A stretch of 62,383 nucleotides of DNA, filler included, from Globobulimina sp. (GCA_003354225.1; 23 parts of 23 records of this genome joined end to end with filler, not necessarily neighbours in it), one strand, 5' to 3'. Shown: positions 48,913-61,809, counted from the whole stretch's first letter. Notes: generated by a model from the letters alone, not told the origin. Numbers and translations are program-made.

Positions 48913-50076
48913 AACCACCTCGACATGCTCATTTACCCGTTGAGTTCCATAAAATGTCCAATTTCTATTAAATATTCGGCTGTAAAATATCGGTAAAAAG
49001 TCATATTTCTCTTTATATTGAGTTTCCATCATTGAATTGACAGCATTAACAGCTGAGGCTCTTGCATGTTTCACATGTTCCAAACGAACACTTTCACCAT
49101 AAAATCGATTGCCTACACAAGCAATATCACCACAAGCAAAAATATCTTTAACTGTGCTTTCCATAAATCCATTTACTTTGATTCCTCTTTTCTCCATTTT
49201 CAACTCTTGAATATCTTTAAATAAATCGCAATTTGGTCTTGCTCCAATCCCTACAAACACAAAATCGCCAGCAATGCATTCATTATCATCCAACAAAACC
49301 CCCTCCACATCTCCGTCATCATCGCCTTCAAATCCTATCACTTTTTTATTCTTAACAAAAGTAACTCCGTTTTGAGCAAACAAGTCCTCGTAAAATGATG
49401 CAATTTTTTCATTGAAAACGTTACAAATTTGCATTAAATAATTTTCAGGAAATATCATGGAAATTGCATCAAAACCATTTGCAATCAAAGCTGCAGTGAC
49501 CTCCATACCCATATAACCTCCGCCAACCACTATAGCGGATTTCTTATTGTTTTCCAAGGGGGTTTTCATTGCAATTGATAACTTTTCCGCATCTGCAAAC
49601 GTTCTCAAATAATAAATACCATTCAAATCACTACCTTTTGTTCCAAAATCAGTAAACTTGACTGAGTGACAACCAGTGGCTATTAGCAGTTTCGAATATT
49701 TTATTTGATGCGCAAAGCTATCTCGAATACATAAAATTGACGAATTATGTACATCTAAATTCGTAGCAGTGGTGTTTAATTTTGTCACAATGCCATTGTC
49801 ATCATACCATTTTTGATCATGTGATTGGTCGATAAAAGCACAGGTATTGAAGTTTGGCAATGCTGTGCTACCTAATAAATATCCCTTTGATAATGCAGGT
49901 CGTTCATATGGTAAAATATGGTCTGCGGAAATCATGCAAACTTCGTTTTTATTCGCACCGTTTTTTATGAATTCATTGCATGCATAACCTGCAGCATTGC
50001 CGCCACCAATAATCACATACTTGTACTCTTCGATTTTTTCGTCATCAAGTTCAGTTTGAGAATGACAGGCACCCAT
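48913..50076 (-). CDS. MDAR: Monodehydroascorbate reductase (plant-type FAD/NADH oxidoreductase), 3'-partial
   Basis: YKYVIIGGGNAAGYA, PYERPALSKGYL, LPNFNTC, VVGGGYMGMEV, RLEHVKHARASA, YDFLPIFYSRIF. Confidence 0.85.
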
Positions 50077-50872
50077 CTTTGTCAAAATACAAATGATAAA
50101 AGTTAGTGTGAAAACAGTCAAAGTGTACAAGTAAAAAATGATGTTATAATTTATTGCATGATTAATATAATATATATTTGTTTTGTGGTGTTTGTTTCTA
50201 GAAGAGGTTAATTTTCAAACAGTGTATAGGAAGTTAGTTTAATAACCGACGTTTCAGCAAAATGATGCCTTTGTCAAGGTTTGTAATTTAAAATGTAAAG
50301 AGTTTTTGTGTTTACTAAGAAACATAAAAAACAAAACACAATAAAGTATATCCAGTACAGAAAGTAAAAAAAGAATGAAATAAGATTGGGACTATGCAAA
50401 AATAAAAGAATAATGTTGTGGATGCAAATAATATGGAAAAAATACAAAATATAATAAAGTATGATATTGAATGCAAAAAAGTAAATATTATAGAACCAAT
50501 CAATATATATATATAAAAAATAAAATATAGAATAGAATGTCATTTATTAATATTTAATTTTAGTTTGATTCATTTATTAATATGGTAGAAAAAGTAAACA
50601 AAGTAAAAAAATGAAGTAAAAAATGAGAAATGAGTAATGATTCAAGGATACAAATATACAAAAGATACAAAAATAAAAGTAAAAGTATAACAAAAATAAC
50701 AACAAAATAACATATAACATATAATCAAAACAAAAGCAAAAAATTAAAGGAATGATACACAATTTGGAAATTTGAAAATTATTAATAAGAAGATGCAAAA
50801 TGATTGTAAGTGATTTGAAAAGATTTAAAATGCAAACAAATAGGAATGATAATAAAGAATATGATTATATAT

Positions 50873-51527
50873 TTAATCGACATAGTCCATTTCACTAAAT
50901 TTTTCATCAATATTATTATGATCAGAACCCGAGTCATTCCGCATAAGCAAATCTTGATTGACATGGAATTGTTTAGCATAATTAATATTGTTCTCGGAGT
51001 CTGAATCATAAATAGGTTGCTGTTGTGATAATGTGATTGCTGAGATGTCCAAGATGTCATTATGGAACTTATTAAAATCTAATTTCTGGGATACAGGGAT
51101 AGAATGATCGAAATTATGCGAAATATCTTGATCATCAATGTGATTGCAATAATTCTCAGTGAGGGGTTGTAATGGACGCTGTGGCACACTGTGGGTGAAA
51201 TTTGGTGGATTACCAGATGACTGCAAGTTGGTATTTGCATGATTAGAGGAATCAGATGGTGTGAATAATGATAAGTTATTGAGGATTTTAGTGTTAATCA
51301 AAAGAGGCTGTGAACCCAAATCACAGTGTCCAAAATTGTAAGAGGAGGGCAGGAATGATGCATGTGTATTATTGGTGTCATCGTCGGCAGAGTTTAGATC
51401 AGTTTGTGGCGAACTGGCAATGTCCAAAACCGATCCAAAGTGATTTAGAGTTGAGTTGAGACCAACGTCGTGATGCGAATCATCATTAATTCGCTCTTTA
51501 ATATCATCATTGGAAGTATCGAATGGG
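50873..51527 (-). CDS. C-terminal disordered fragment of an unknown protein, followed by a long T-rich 3' region
   Basis: Open frame rich in Asn/Ser/Asp. Confidence 0.4.
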
Positions 51528-51627
51528 NNNNNNNNNNNNNNNNNNNNNNNNNNNNNNNNNNNNNNNNNNNNTTAATTAATTAANNNNNNNNNNNNNNNNN
51601 NNNNNNNNNNNNNNNNNNNNNNNNNNN

Positions 51628-52311
51628 ACCCAAATCGAATGTATGGAATAAATAACTATGGATATTATCCAATGTATCACGGATAAATCGGCAATTTGAA
51701 TCATTATTTTTGTTGCTGGTTCTATCACGATTTCTGTTTCTGTGGTGTCTCGCCAATGATATACATGTGTTGATATGACATCTTTTTTGGTCTAATGCTG
51801 ACGCCACAAATTTTTGTATGTTTTCTAATTTGTTATTATGCACAGTTTTGATATGGATAAAATCATCCAATAAATGTTTAGATTTGATGGAATGAATATA
51901 TTTATGATCATTGTCATTCATTGAATTCATTGGTTCGTAATATTTTAATGCATGAATAATACGAGCAATCGATCCACATTTTTTGATGGATGATACCGAG
52001 ACAGCACAGCAATTCCAAGAATATTCATTAACTTTAAAACCTATATTCAAGCGTGGTGGTATGTATTCAAAATTTTTTTGTTTTTGAACATTTTGTCTCT
52101 TTTTGACAGATTTAACACGATTTACGTTTTTGGTAAACTTGTTTAGAATATCAGGAGTTGGTGGGTTTGGTTTGGATTTCTTTTTCTTTTTTTTTCGTGT
52201 TTTACCTGCATGTGCTTGATTTTGTGATTTATTATAGAACTTCCATACATATAACACTGATATACATAGAAACAAAAGTATATATGATATGACTGTGTAA
52301 ATCACAGTCAT
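51628..52311 (-). CDS. Lineage-specific protein with N-terminal TM and Cys/His motifs, 3'-partial
   Basis: CGSIARIIHALKYY, LLDDFIHIKTVH, CHINTC...RHHR, LDNIHSYLFH; resembles an expanded foraminiferan family (from memory). Confidence 0.6.
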
Positions 52312-52434
52312 TATACAAATATTTTCATCGACCTAAAAAAAAAAACTTTTTAGTCCCGCAAAGTGTTGATAATACTCTCTACCCCAATCTGACAAAGATT
52401 GCCTATCAATTTCAATCGCACACATCGAAAACAA

Positions 52435-54190
52435 ATGAGTACCAACACAGCCGGCAGACGTCGTTCCATACGCAATCAACGCAAGAATGCATCGACTCGC
52501 AATGGCACAATAATTAACAACCATAATAGCAATCGGCCGTTACCCACAAATAATAGCCCTAATCAAAATGGACATCGATATTCAGGTCGAAAACGCAGAA
52601 ACCCTGAGCCTTCAGATAACGACTCATCCGATGACGACTCGTCCGGTAACACTACCAACGACGATTCAAGTGAAGAGACACAAGACTCAAACTACGAAAA
52701 CATAAACAACAACAACCACAAACGGCGTCGCCTAACCCAACCCACACAATTAAGTGCTTTAAACAGTGGGCCTCGAACCACGCAGACGCAAAATCGGCAA
52801 ACAATGACCTACAAAGTGAACAGTGGACGGTGGAAAAATACATCTAATAACAAACGGAGATCCACACGTATCAAATATAGGAAATTGGCCGACGACGCCG
52901 TGCAGGACAGAGCCAGGATTGTGGACCCCATTAATCGCAATTTTATCCACAAACTGCAGCAACAAAACGAGTTATACCAACATGTACATCATCCGAATGA
53001 GGCATTTATGGATATCCAGCAAGCCAAGAATATGACCAATATCTTAAAAGAACAGACGCGCACATTGGCCAATGAACATTTTACCATTACACCAAATGAT
53101 TACATTCAGGCATTGTATCAGCAATTCGCTCTCAATGACAATGGCAATAATAGCAATGTGGACGCCGTCGATGACAATGATGACAATGACGAGGCAATGG
53201 CCATTGATTGGGCTGCTGTCGGACACAGATTTGCCGATTGCTTTCTAACTGTGCCTGCCATTCAATTTATGTATGTACATAAACTATTTTTCATTTTCAG
53301 TTTGTTTTATTGATGCGATATGTGCCGTAATTTAAAGGAACGGCCCGTTGCAGCAAAGTACACAAACGCAATCTGAAAAAAAGAAAAAACGGCAATCGCA
53401 CAAAAAGAGAACATTCACAAGCGATGTACCTGTGATTCAGCCCAAAAAAGTATGTTCTCTGTCGTTTCCATAAAAAGCATGCGAGTTTTCTTACTTTGCG
53501 ACCTTGAAAAAAAACTGTTTGCCCAGGTGCTGAATCAAAAGAAATCTGACAAAACCGAGACCAAATCGCGAATAGTTCATTTACAGAAAATACTACGAAA
53601 GAAATGCGAGGCGCAGGACGGGGTGAACCCCTTTGAGTTTCTGATCAACCCCGGGAGCTACAGCCAGACCGTGGAGAATTTCTTCGATCTGTCATTCATT
53701 ATGAACCAAGGCAGCGCGCAAATGGGCGTGGACGATGAGACAAAGCAACCCGTTCTGTCCTATGTGTCCAAGGCGGAAAAAGGACGGAGGGATTTGATGG
53801 CATTGCAACAGGACAAAGCAGCAAAGCATCGAAGCCGAGCGCGAAAGAAAGAAAATGTAAATAAGGACATGCGGTGCAATGGACAATGCATTGTTAAATT
53901 TAATCCATCCGATTTTTTTAATTTAATTAATGTTTATAATATAAATCAATCACAAATTGAACGTGACGATGTAGCTGATGACGAGGAGGGGGACGAGGGT
54001 GTAAATGAAAAATGTGTGTTTTTTGTGCTTTTGTGTGTTTTTGAAAACATTGTGAGTTTATATAGCGGTGAGTAGCGACAATGAGAGCGATGCTGAGAGT
54101 GAAGAAGAGATAAAAGAGAAAAAGAGTGGACGCAAACGGCGAAGGAATAGAAAGAAAGTATATAGGAATGATAAAGAAGAAGCTGATTAA
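52435..54190 (+). CDS. NSE4: Smc5/6 complex kleisin Nse4/EID3; introns 53271-53337, 53450-53526 and one ending at 54065
   Basis: IDWAAVG...VPAIQFM|NGPL; ETKSRI; FEFLINPGSYSQTVENFFDLSFIMNQG; QCIVKF. Confidence 0.9.
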
Positions 54191-54346
54191 ATACTTGTTT
54201 TGTTTTTTCATATTTTTAGTGATTCCGAATATGGGATATTTNNNNNNNNNNNNNNNNNNNNNNNNNNNNNNNNNNNNNNNNNNNNTTAATTAATTAANNN
54301 NNNNNNNNNNNNNNNNNNNNNNNNNNNNNNNNNNNNNNNNNAATGA

Positions 54347-56858
54347 AAATTAGCTCAATAGTTGTGACTGCAGTGCGTTGTGACTGCAGTGTAGATGGGA
54401 TTTAGTCATTCGGCAGTTTTGGATGGATCCAATGTTCGACAACAACACACACAAGCGAATTGTAATCAGACAGAACATTTACAATATGCAAATCTGTAAA
54501 ATTTGTTGCATTATGGGATATAACTCACTGCAGCGCACGACTGTTGAGCTAATTTATTGTGGTGAGCGTACCACTACTACTCTACGTTCTAATTGAATTG
54601 TATACCACTACACTATGATTTAGACACATTTTCAAATAATCATATTATAGTCTGACACGATGCACTTGATCCACTGATCCAGTCCACCAGTTGATTTAAA
54701 TTAAAAAATGTCTCAGGATGTTTTTCATTATCATAGGCTTGAGGAGATCATGTCCGAAGAAACTCCTTTACTGGTAAGTGCAGGCGATAACTTGCTTCCA
54801 TCTGCCTCACGATATCCCGCACGTCGACAATCATCACATCAGCGATACCAATCATCAGTCATTCATCTCCCCAAACATATACTTGACTCACCACGTAAAA
54901 ACAATGATGAATTCTTTCCATTACTAAACCCAGCTACAACAAAACCAGCATCTAACCAGTCGACAGTAGTCCCAACAGTGGTCATTTTGGACGATGACGA
55001 ATTACCAGCAACGAAATTAGATCCAGCAACGCAGAAACAAGTACCATATGTACCACCAATACAACTCTGTTTATTATGGTCCAACGTTTCATTATTTTCA
55101 ATGTCACTCATCTTTGCCGTTATTGCCACCATTATAAGTTCCCAATTATTAACATCACCACTCATCACCGCCTCTGTTCTATTATTAATCACATGTTCCA
55201 TATCTGGATTATTGCTAACATTTTCCTATAAAAACATCATATTTAATTTATTATCATTAAATATAAAAATATTCGAGTTTACCACCCAACAAAAAGTCCA
55301 ACATATCAACGACGCACAGCCAAGAATATCTTTGTTGGAAAGTTTCCGGAAAGGCTGCTTCCATAAACAGTTGGGTCTGTGTTCGACCTCTGAGTTAAAA
55401 CAGTTATTGCCTGTGGTGGCCCAGTCATTATGTCAATTACCTTTCGGTTTAACCGAATTCCGCTCCTCTTTGTTCATAACGCTTGCGGACAGAATCAGTA
55501 CAGATGCCAGTTTGGACCAAGCCTGGCGGTTTTTTCTTAACTGCAATGGCGATATGCCGGACATTATGCGAACGTGGGAGAATCATCCATATATTGATGA
55601 TGATAAAAAGGAGAATGAAAACGAGAAAGATTGCGTGTTATTCTTTCGTTCATTGTTTGACGATTTGAAGAAAACAGGTTCTCGCAAATCAATCGATCGC
55701 AGCGACTTTATGTGCGACCCTATCAATGGCAACATATTAATTGAAATTCAACTGAGCAAAATCATGGCGTCCAACGCCAGGCCGTATTTAGTGGACTGTT
55801 ACACCTTTGATACGCAAAGCGGCCATGCTTTGTTAAGCAGTAAAATGTTGTTGAAAAAAGGTGATGATTTAAGGTATATTTATGTATGTATATATACAGT
55901 GAGTGTTTGGTTTATATGGCGTGTAATACACTGCTTTCAGGAAAGATTTAGGCGTGATGTTGATGTTTAAATTTATGAACGAACTGTGGAGGGAACATGG
56001 TGTAAATTATAATGGTGAGCAATGTGCAGCGTTGGTGTATAATGTGATTCCCATGGCACTCGATTTTGGTGCCATTGAATTTATTGGCGGTGCGCAGAAA
56101 ATTGCCAAGGTTGACTCTATTAAAGATATGACAGAGAATTTTATGGATAGATTGATAGCGACTGCCGCTGCGAGCTATATTGCTTCGTTTGTCATCGGTG
56201 TCAGAGATCGACATCACGATAACATTTTGGTTTGTAATGATGGTACTTTATTTAATATCGATTTCTCGCATATTTTAGGCGAAAAATTAGCGGGTTTGGA
56301 TGCCAGTAAAATTGCTATAAATACGAAGTTTGTGAAAGTGTTAGGTGGCAGTAATTGGAATAAGTTCTTGGAGATTGTGGTTATTTGTTTTAATGTGTTG
56401 AGGAATAATTATGTGCAATTATTGGATTATTCGCGCATTGTGTTTGCTTTTATGAAACGAAGCAATGAGAATGAAAAATATTTAAAAGAAAGTTTATTCA
56501 TTGATTTGGAGGAGAAGGAGGCGTTGAAGAAAATAAAAATATTGTTTAGCAAAGCACCGTCTCAAATTAAAACAAAAATGAAAAATGTCATACATTCATT
56601 TGCTGTCAAAGGGATAAGTAAATCAACTGATACATGATTGTGTATAAATATTTTTTTTGTACAATTCTAAATTTAGTAATCAATCCGTGTGATATCTCTT
56701 AGCTAATCATCATTCGCAAACCGATTGTTTGCAAGTACTTTCCATAGCACTGCAAATATTTTTATAATTTCTCCGTAATGGCTGTAAACTGCCATAATTC
56801 AACAAATTTTACAGATCGCTCACCACAATAAATTAGCTCAATAGTTGTGTCTGCAGTG
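54347..56858. repeat. Three copies of a TIR-like repeat of about 43 bp: 54347-54375 (+, partial), 54526-54568 (-), 56817-56858 (+)
   Basis: Consensus CGCTCACCACAATAAATTAGCTCAAYAGTYGTG.CTGCAGTG; GTTGTGACTGCAGTG is also duplicated at 54377-54391. Confidence 0.85.
54708..56637 (+). CDS. Phosphoinositide 3-kinase-like catalytic domain protein with two N-terminal TM segments; intron 55874-55940
   Basis: MASNARP, KKGDDLR|KD, YNVIP...GAIEFI, SYIASFVIGVRDRHHDNIL, FNIDFSHILG. Confidence 0.88.
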
Positions 56859-57055
56859 AATGAAGGGTCGTGGTGCAAACGTAGAAAGAATACAGTTGAC
56901 TTTTTAGGTTCACCCTTCTAAACACTTCTTTTGTGATTGGCAAGGTTTTTGGGTTNNNNNNNNNNNNNNNNNNNNNNNNNNNNNNNNNNNNNNNNNNNNT
57001 TAATTAATTAANNNNNNNNNNNNNNNNNNNNNNNNNNNNNNNNNNNNNNNNNNNN

Positions 57056-58704
57056 TTTTGAGGAACTCGACCGGTGTGTTGATCTCAGAGTATTTGGTGT
57101 ATTCCTTATCCTCTTTGCTGTCCGTAGTGGAGAGACTGTTATCTTCCTCGTCGTCTGAATGATCCATAATGTGAATGGGAGCTAAATGGCCCTAGAAATT
57201 AGTAATAATATGTACGCAAAATCGCAATTAACACAAATGACATAAATGTGCGACAAACCCGGGGTGTGATGGATAGGCGGACAGAATGCAAAGGCGACGA
57301 CAGCTGCGAGGTCGACGGTCGTTTGGTCGGTACCGACGCAATCTTATCCAATGCGGGCATGATGGGCGAGACTATGTCCTTTTGTTCCTCCAACGTGTTG
57401 TAAGAACGAGTATCGGTTTCGTCCTCTAAGCGCTCTCTGTTGATGGAGCTTAATAAGGATAAATTGTGCGAGAAATTCTGTTTATGCTGGCGCGCATTGA
57501 TGCGGTTATTGGTGAGCTCAGAGTTGGCGTCGCTCGGTACGGGGATCGGTGGGTAATCGTCGTCGATGGAATGTTGTATGGAGCCATTCTTTGGCGTCGA
57601 TGCTTTGCGCGCCGTATTGTTGTTATTATGCGCATGGATTTGCGCTTTGGAGCGAAAATATTTATCCTTGAAGGAGAGTTTGGCGCTATTATTGTCGATG
57701 GGAATGGACAAATTATTTGGGTTTTTATCGGTATTATTGGCGGAATCTGCAGTATTGGTCATCTCCGATGGCTCGGAGCAACAGCAGCCCATTGTAATTA
57801 AGGTATTTTCTAAGTCGATGTCGGTTTGTAATATGGTGTCAATGTCAGAGTCGTAATCGTAGTCACTGTCGGATAAGTAATTGTAATTTCGATTGGCTTC
57901 TGATAAATAGTACGCTTTCTTGTTGGTCTGGGCGAGCGGCCGGGGGATGAAATGCGAGTTTGTTGCTGTTGCGGTGGCGCTGCTGGTGGTGGAGGGCGGT
58001 GTGTATTGGATTTGGATGGAATTTAGTTTGTTGTCGAGCGGTGTGGGGGAAACGACTAAATGTAAGGGAGCCAAACACAGGTCGGGGAGTGTGGTGGTTT
58101 GCGTTAGTTCTAAGATGTGCGCAGTGTATAAAGGGGTTAAGTTGTCGTAATAGGTGGAAGTGGTGGAGACTGGCGATTGGTTGACCGGATAGGAAGAATA
58201 GGGATAGCTGTTGGTGGTGGTGGACGCGGGGTAGCTAAAGTTATACGACGTATCGATGGTAATTTCAGTTTGGGTGTCTGGCGGCGGCGAGGTGGTGGAT
58301 TTGGTGGATTTGCTGGATTTATTGGATAAGGAGCTGCGATTCAATGTGAGTGGGATTGGGGAGGCGGGATTCGGTGATGGTTCTGAGAAAAGAGGGGAAG
58401 AGAAATTCTCAGAATCGTATGAATTGTGTGGGACAGTTAAGTGTGAGAATTGCTGTTTTTTTGCTGGTTTATTGATAGGGATCGAATCTCGCGACGCAAT
58501 GCTTGGGTGTTCTGGTAATAATATTTTTAAATGCGATGGTGGTTTGAAATGAAAAGTGATGGAGTTGCTGGGGGTGTGGCTGGTCTGTGGTGATACAGAT
58601 GAAGAATGGGAGTGTGGTGTTTGTTTTTGTGGTGTTGAATGATTTGAATTCGGTGAATTTTGTATATCACGCACGTGATTTCTAAAACTGAATCGTGAAT
58701 GCAT
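57056..58704 (-). CDS. Ser/Pro/Thr-rich disordered protein, 3'-partial, probable intron near 57193-57260
   Basis: 501-aa ORF; frame continues after a CTAG acceptor (GHLAPIHIMDHSDDEED). Confidence 0.6.
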
Positions 58705-58941
58705 TAAAACTAGTTTATATTTTATATTGTTATGTTAGGGATAAACGGATGTATTTTAGACGAATAAATGAAACCAATATAGAAGAGAGTAATAAGTAAC
58801 TGCATTGACAATCTTTTCTGTTGAGGTTGGCGTAGCTCCGAAAAAAACGTAGTTAGTGCATTTATTGCGTGAAAATAGTTTTTAATCTTAAGGGGAATGG
58901 GAATTTGAACCACCACAAAAAAAAGTCATGATAAACCTTAA

Positions 58942-59669
58942 TCATAATTCATAACCAACATTTGAAAATTCTTTACAATTTCCAATAATTATTCGGGTTT
59001 CATAACATCCAGGATACATTTCAAGTATTTCTTCATCTTTATCAAAATAATTTGAATGAAATAATAATGGTTTCTTAATAAATAATGGCGGATTGGCATC
59101 ATGAACATATAAACATTGATTATATTTATTATATCCCCATAAATAAAATTTGTTATCCGCTGTTTTAATAATATTATGACGAGAACCACATTTAATATCA
59201 ATAATTGTTTCCTTTTTTAATGTTTCATTTGGTTGTGGTAAATATACACTTTCATCTGAACCATTTCCACATTGATACTCCCTATTCCCTCCAAAACAAT
59301 ATATCTTATTTATTTATTAAAATATATTTGTATGACAAAGCAATATAAAAATAAGATCAAAACTTTATTATTTAATGATAATAATATATTATCTGTAACA
59401 CTACAACATATTTTAGCAATTTTAATATTGTTTTGAATCAAATATTGTATTCTTGTTGGCAAATATCTATTATTACCATCTCCATGGCCTAATCTACCAT
59501 TTTCACCCTCTCCCCATGACCAAACACAATAATTATCGTCAATTGCTAAGGTATGCCAACCTCCACAAGATATATCCTTAAATTTTATTTTTATTTTTAT
59601 TTGAATTTCTTGCATATTTGGTGATGATTCAATATCTTTACCTAATCCTAAACCACCATCACCTTTATC
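58942..59669 (-). CDS. RCC1-repeat protein, 5'-partial, intron 59305-59363
   Basis: ISCGGWHTLAI...VWSWGEGENGRLGHG; |IYCFGGNREYQCG; IKCGSRHNII...LWGYNKYNQC. Confidence 0.88.
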
Positions 59670-59848
59670 NNNNNNNNNNNNNNNNNNNNNNNNNNNNNNN
59701 NNNNNNNNNNNNNTTAATTAATTAANNNNNNNNNNNNNNNNNNNNNNNNNNNNNNNNNNNNNNNNNNNNCCGATTCAAAGCAATCTAAAAATCGCCTGTC
59801 TAGTTTTACTTTTTTCATTTTTTGTTGTTTTTTAATTATACATAATAG

Positions 59849-61809
59849 CAGTTAGAAGCTGTTGTAATGGATTTGGAATGGATATTATGGTAAGCTATAC
59901 ACAATACAGTGTAATATACTATATATCAGACAAAACAAAACAAAGAAATTAACAGCAAAATTATGCGACGGATATGATAAGTTTGGCAAAAATTTAAGCC
60001 ACACAGTGGAACAAGAAACTAATTTCATCCATAAATATGCCTCTAAATCGCATGAAAATTCTTCCTTCCTCCTTATTATGTCAATTTATAACAGATTTAG
60101 CCATCAATTTCCAACAAATTGCCCAACAAATCACCACCACAATGATCCATCCATTGGTAGACTTTCAAAAACAATGCGATTCCAAATATTCAACCATTTA
60201 TAAAAAACACGAACACGCGCATAATAAATACATCTCTGATCAAAATAACTTGAATTCATACAGCGATAAATATAAATCTATGATAAACAACGAACGAAAT
60301 AAATTCAAATTAATTCGATTATTATCCTCAAGTATTATGCCTCCGAATGACCACAAAACGCTTAAAAAATCCTGACATTCACCTTCCAAATTCAACCAAT
60401 CTGTGAGTAAATTTATAGAAAAGGCAAAGACAAAAACGCTACGCAAAGTGTCCATGAATTTGGGCAACAACAAATTATTATCCTCCTCGGACAACGAAGA
60501 TGAGAAAAAAGAGGAAATCAATGATATCTATGAGTTGCACACGAAAGAGGAGCTCGACCGCAATAATATGGATAAAAAAGAGCACATTCCATTGTTATAT
60601 GCAATGTATAGATACAGCAATACGAGGAACAAATTATTGGTGGCCGAGGATGTCTTCGTTCAGCAAATCGACAAAGTAAATCACTCCATGACGCAGTACG
60701 AGTATATTCGCAAAGGAAGCATGAAAGCAATGCAAAAAGCGGAAATTGAGCGGTTTGCACAAAGCAAGAAAGTGTATTTATCACTATGTTCCACGTTCGG
60801 TTTGGACGATTTTGAGCAAACTGACAAAAAACAACACATTGTGTCGTTTATTAAGTTTAAAGCATCCGTCGATGCGATGGAATCGCATGTCGATTTTCAT
60901 AATTTTGTGTCGCAAAACGAGGAGAAATACGCCAAACCCTCGAAATTAGTGTCCTCGTCGATGTTGACCGCATGGCGAACACCGTACCATTTATTCGAAG
61001 ATCTAATGTTTAACCAAATCCATAATGAGCACATGAACAAGAATACGCTGAAAGTGCCCTATATCTTTGAGTATTTAATGGAACATATCGAGAGTCAGTC
61101 CGCCATCAATGATCCAGACATTTTTATGCTGAATGCAATCTCACCCAAGGAATCCAACATCGATCAGTCATTTTCGTACTGGAATAAGGACTCATTGACC
61201 AGCATAAAGACAACGGACACTGCGGCCATACCGGTGCTATGTCAACAGATCAACGAATTGTACGAATGTAAGCAGATAAATGTGACTGACCACCATCATG
61301 CCATTATTTTATTGAAGTTGTGGTTGTATAAATCGCCGGAACCGATCATCCCGTATTATTTGTATGACACAGTCTGTTTGTTTCAGTTTCAAAACAGCGT
61401 GAAACAGCGCGCCAAGTTCGTTGAAACTGAGATATTGAATAAATTGTAGACGGTGAGAATGCATTGCTTGGCTCGCTTGGTTTAGATCTGTAAAAAGATT
61501 GTCAAGCAACAACATGAAATCACTATAATTGATTTAAGCTACGAGTTATCAAATGTTATTATTCGGAATGGCAAGATTGATAAATTCAGACAGTTGGATC
61601 CGGTGAATAATAGCAAGGATAATATTGATGATGCGAGTAAATTGAAAGTGATGTTGGATCCGCAGACGACGTATAAGTTACCGTTGTCGCCTTCGCATCA
61701 AATTAAAAGAGCGGAAATGGCATTTATTACTTATATTTTATCCAATCGTGTGCCGATGTTAAATGATAAGAAATTGGTGAATCATGGACCAAAATTATCT
61801 GCCAAATAA
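59849..61809 (+). pseudogene. F-BAR-like plus RhoGAP-like gene interrupted by four in-frame stops (pseudogene, or recoded/edited gene)
   Basis: One frame from 59956 to 61809 with TAA 59995, TGA 60373, TAG 61447 and TAG 61483; coiled-coil (MIHPLVDF, MQKAEIERF) then VPYIFEYL, LLKLWLYKSPEPIIPYYLY; intron 59890-59955. Confidence 0.7.

Noticed and set aside
50274-50870. Hydrophobic Phe/Tyr/Ile ORFs as membrane proteins
   Set aside because: Translation of T-rich low-complexity non-coding DNA
2620-59769. Regularly spaced identical TTAATTAATTAA blocks as a repeat array, or cross-contig gene clusters such as LAAO + MDAR + TMEM135
   Set aside because: The spacers are artificial and the contigs are ordered by length, so adjacency has no biological meaning
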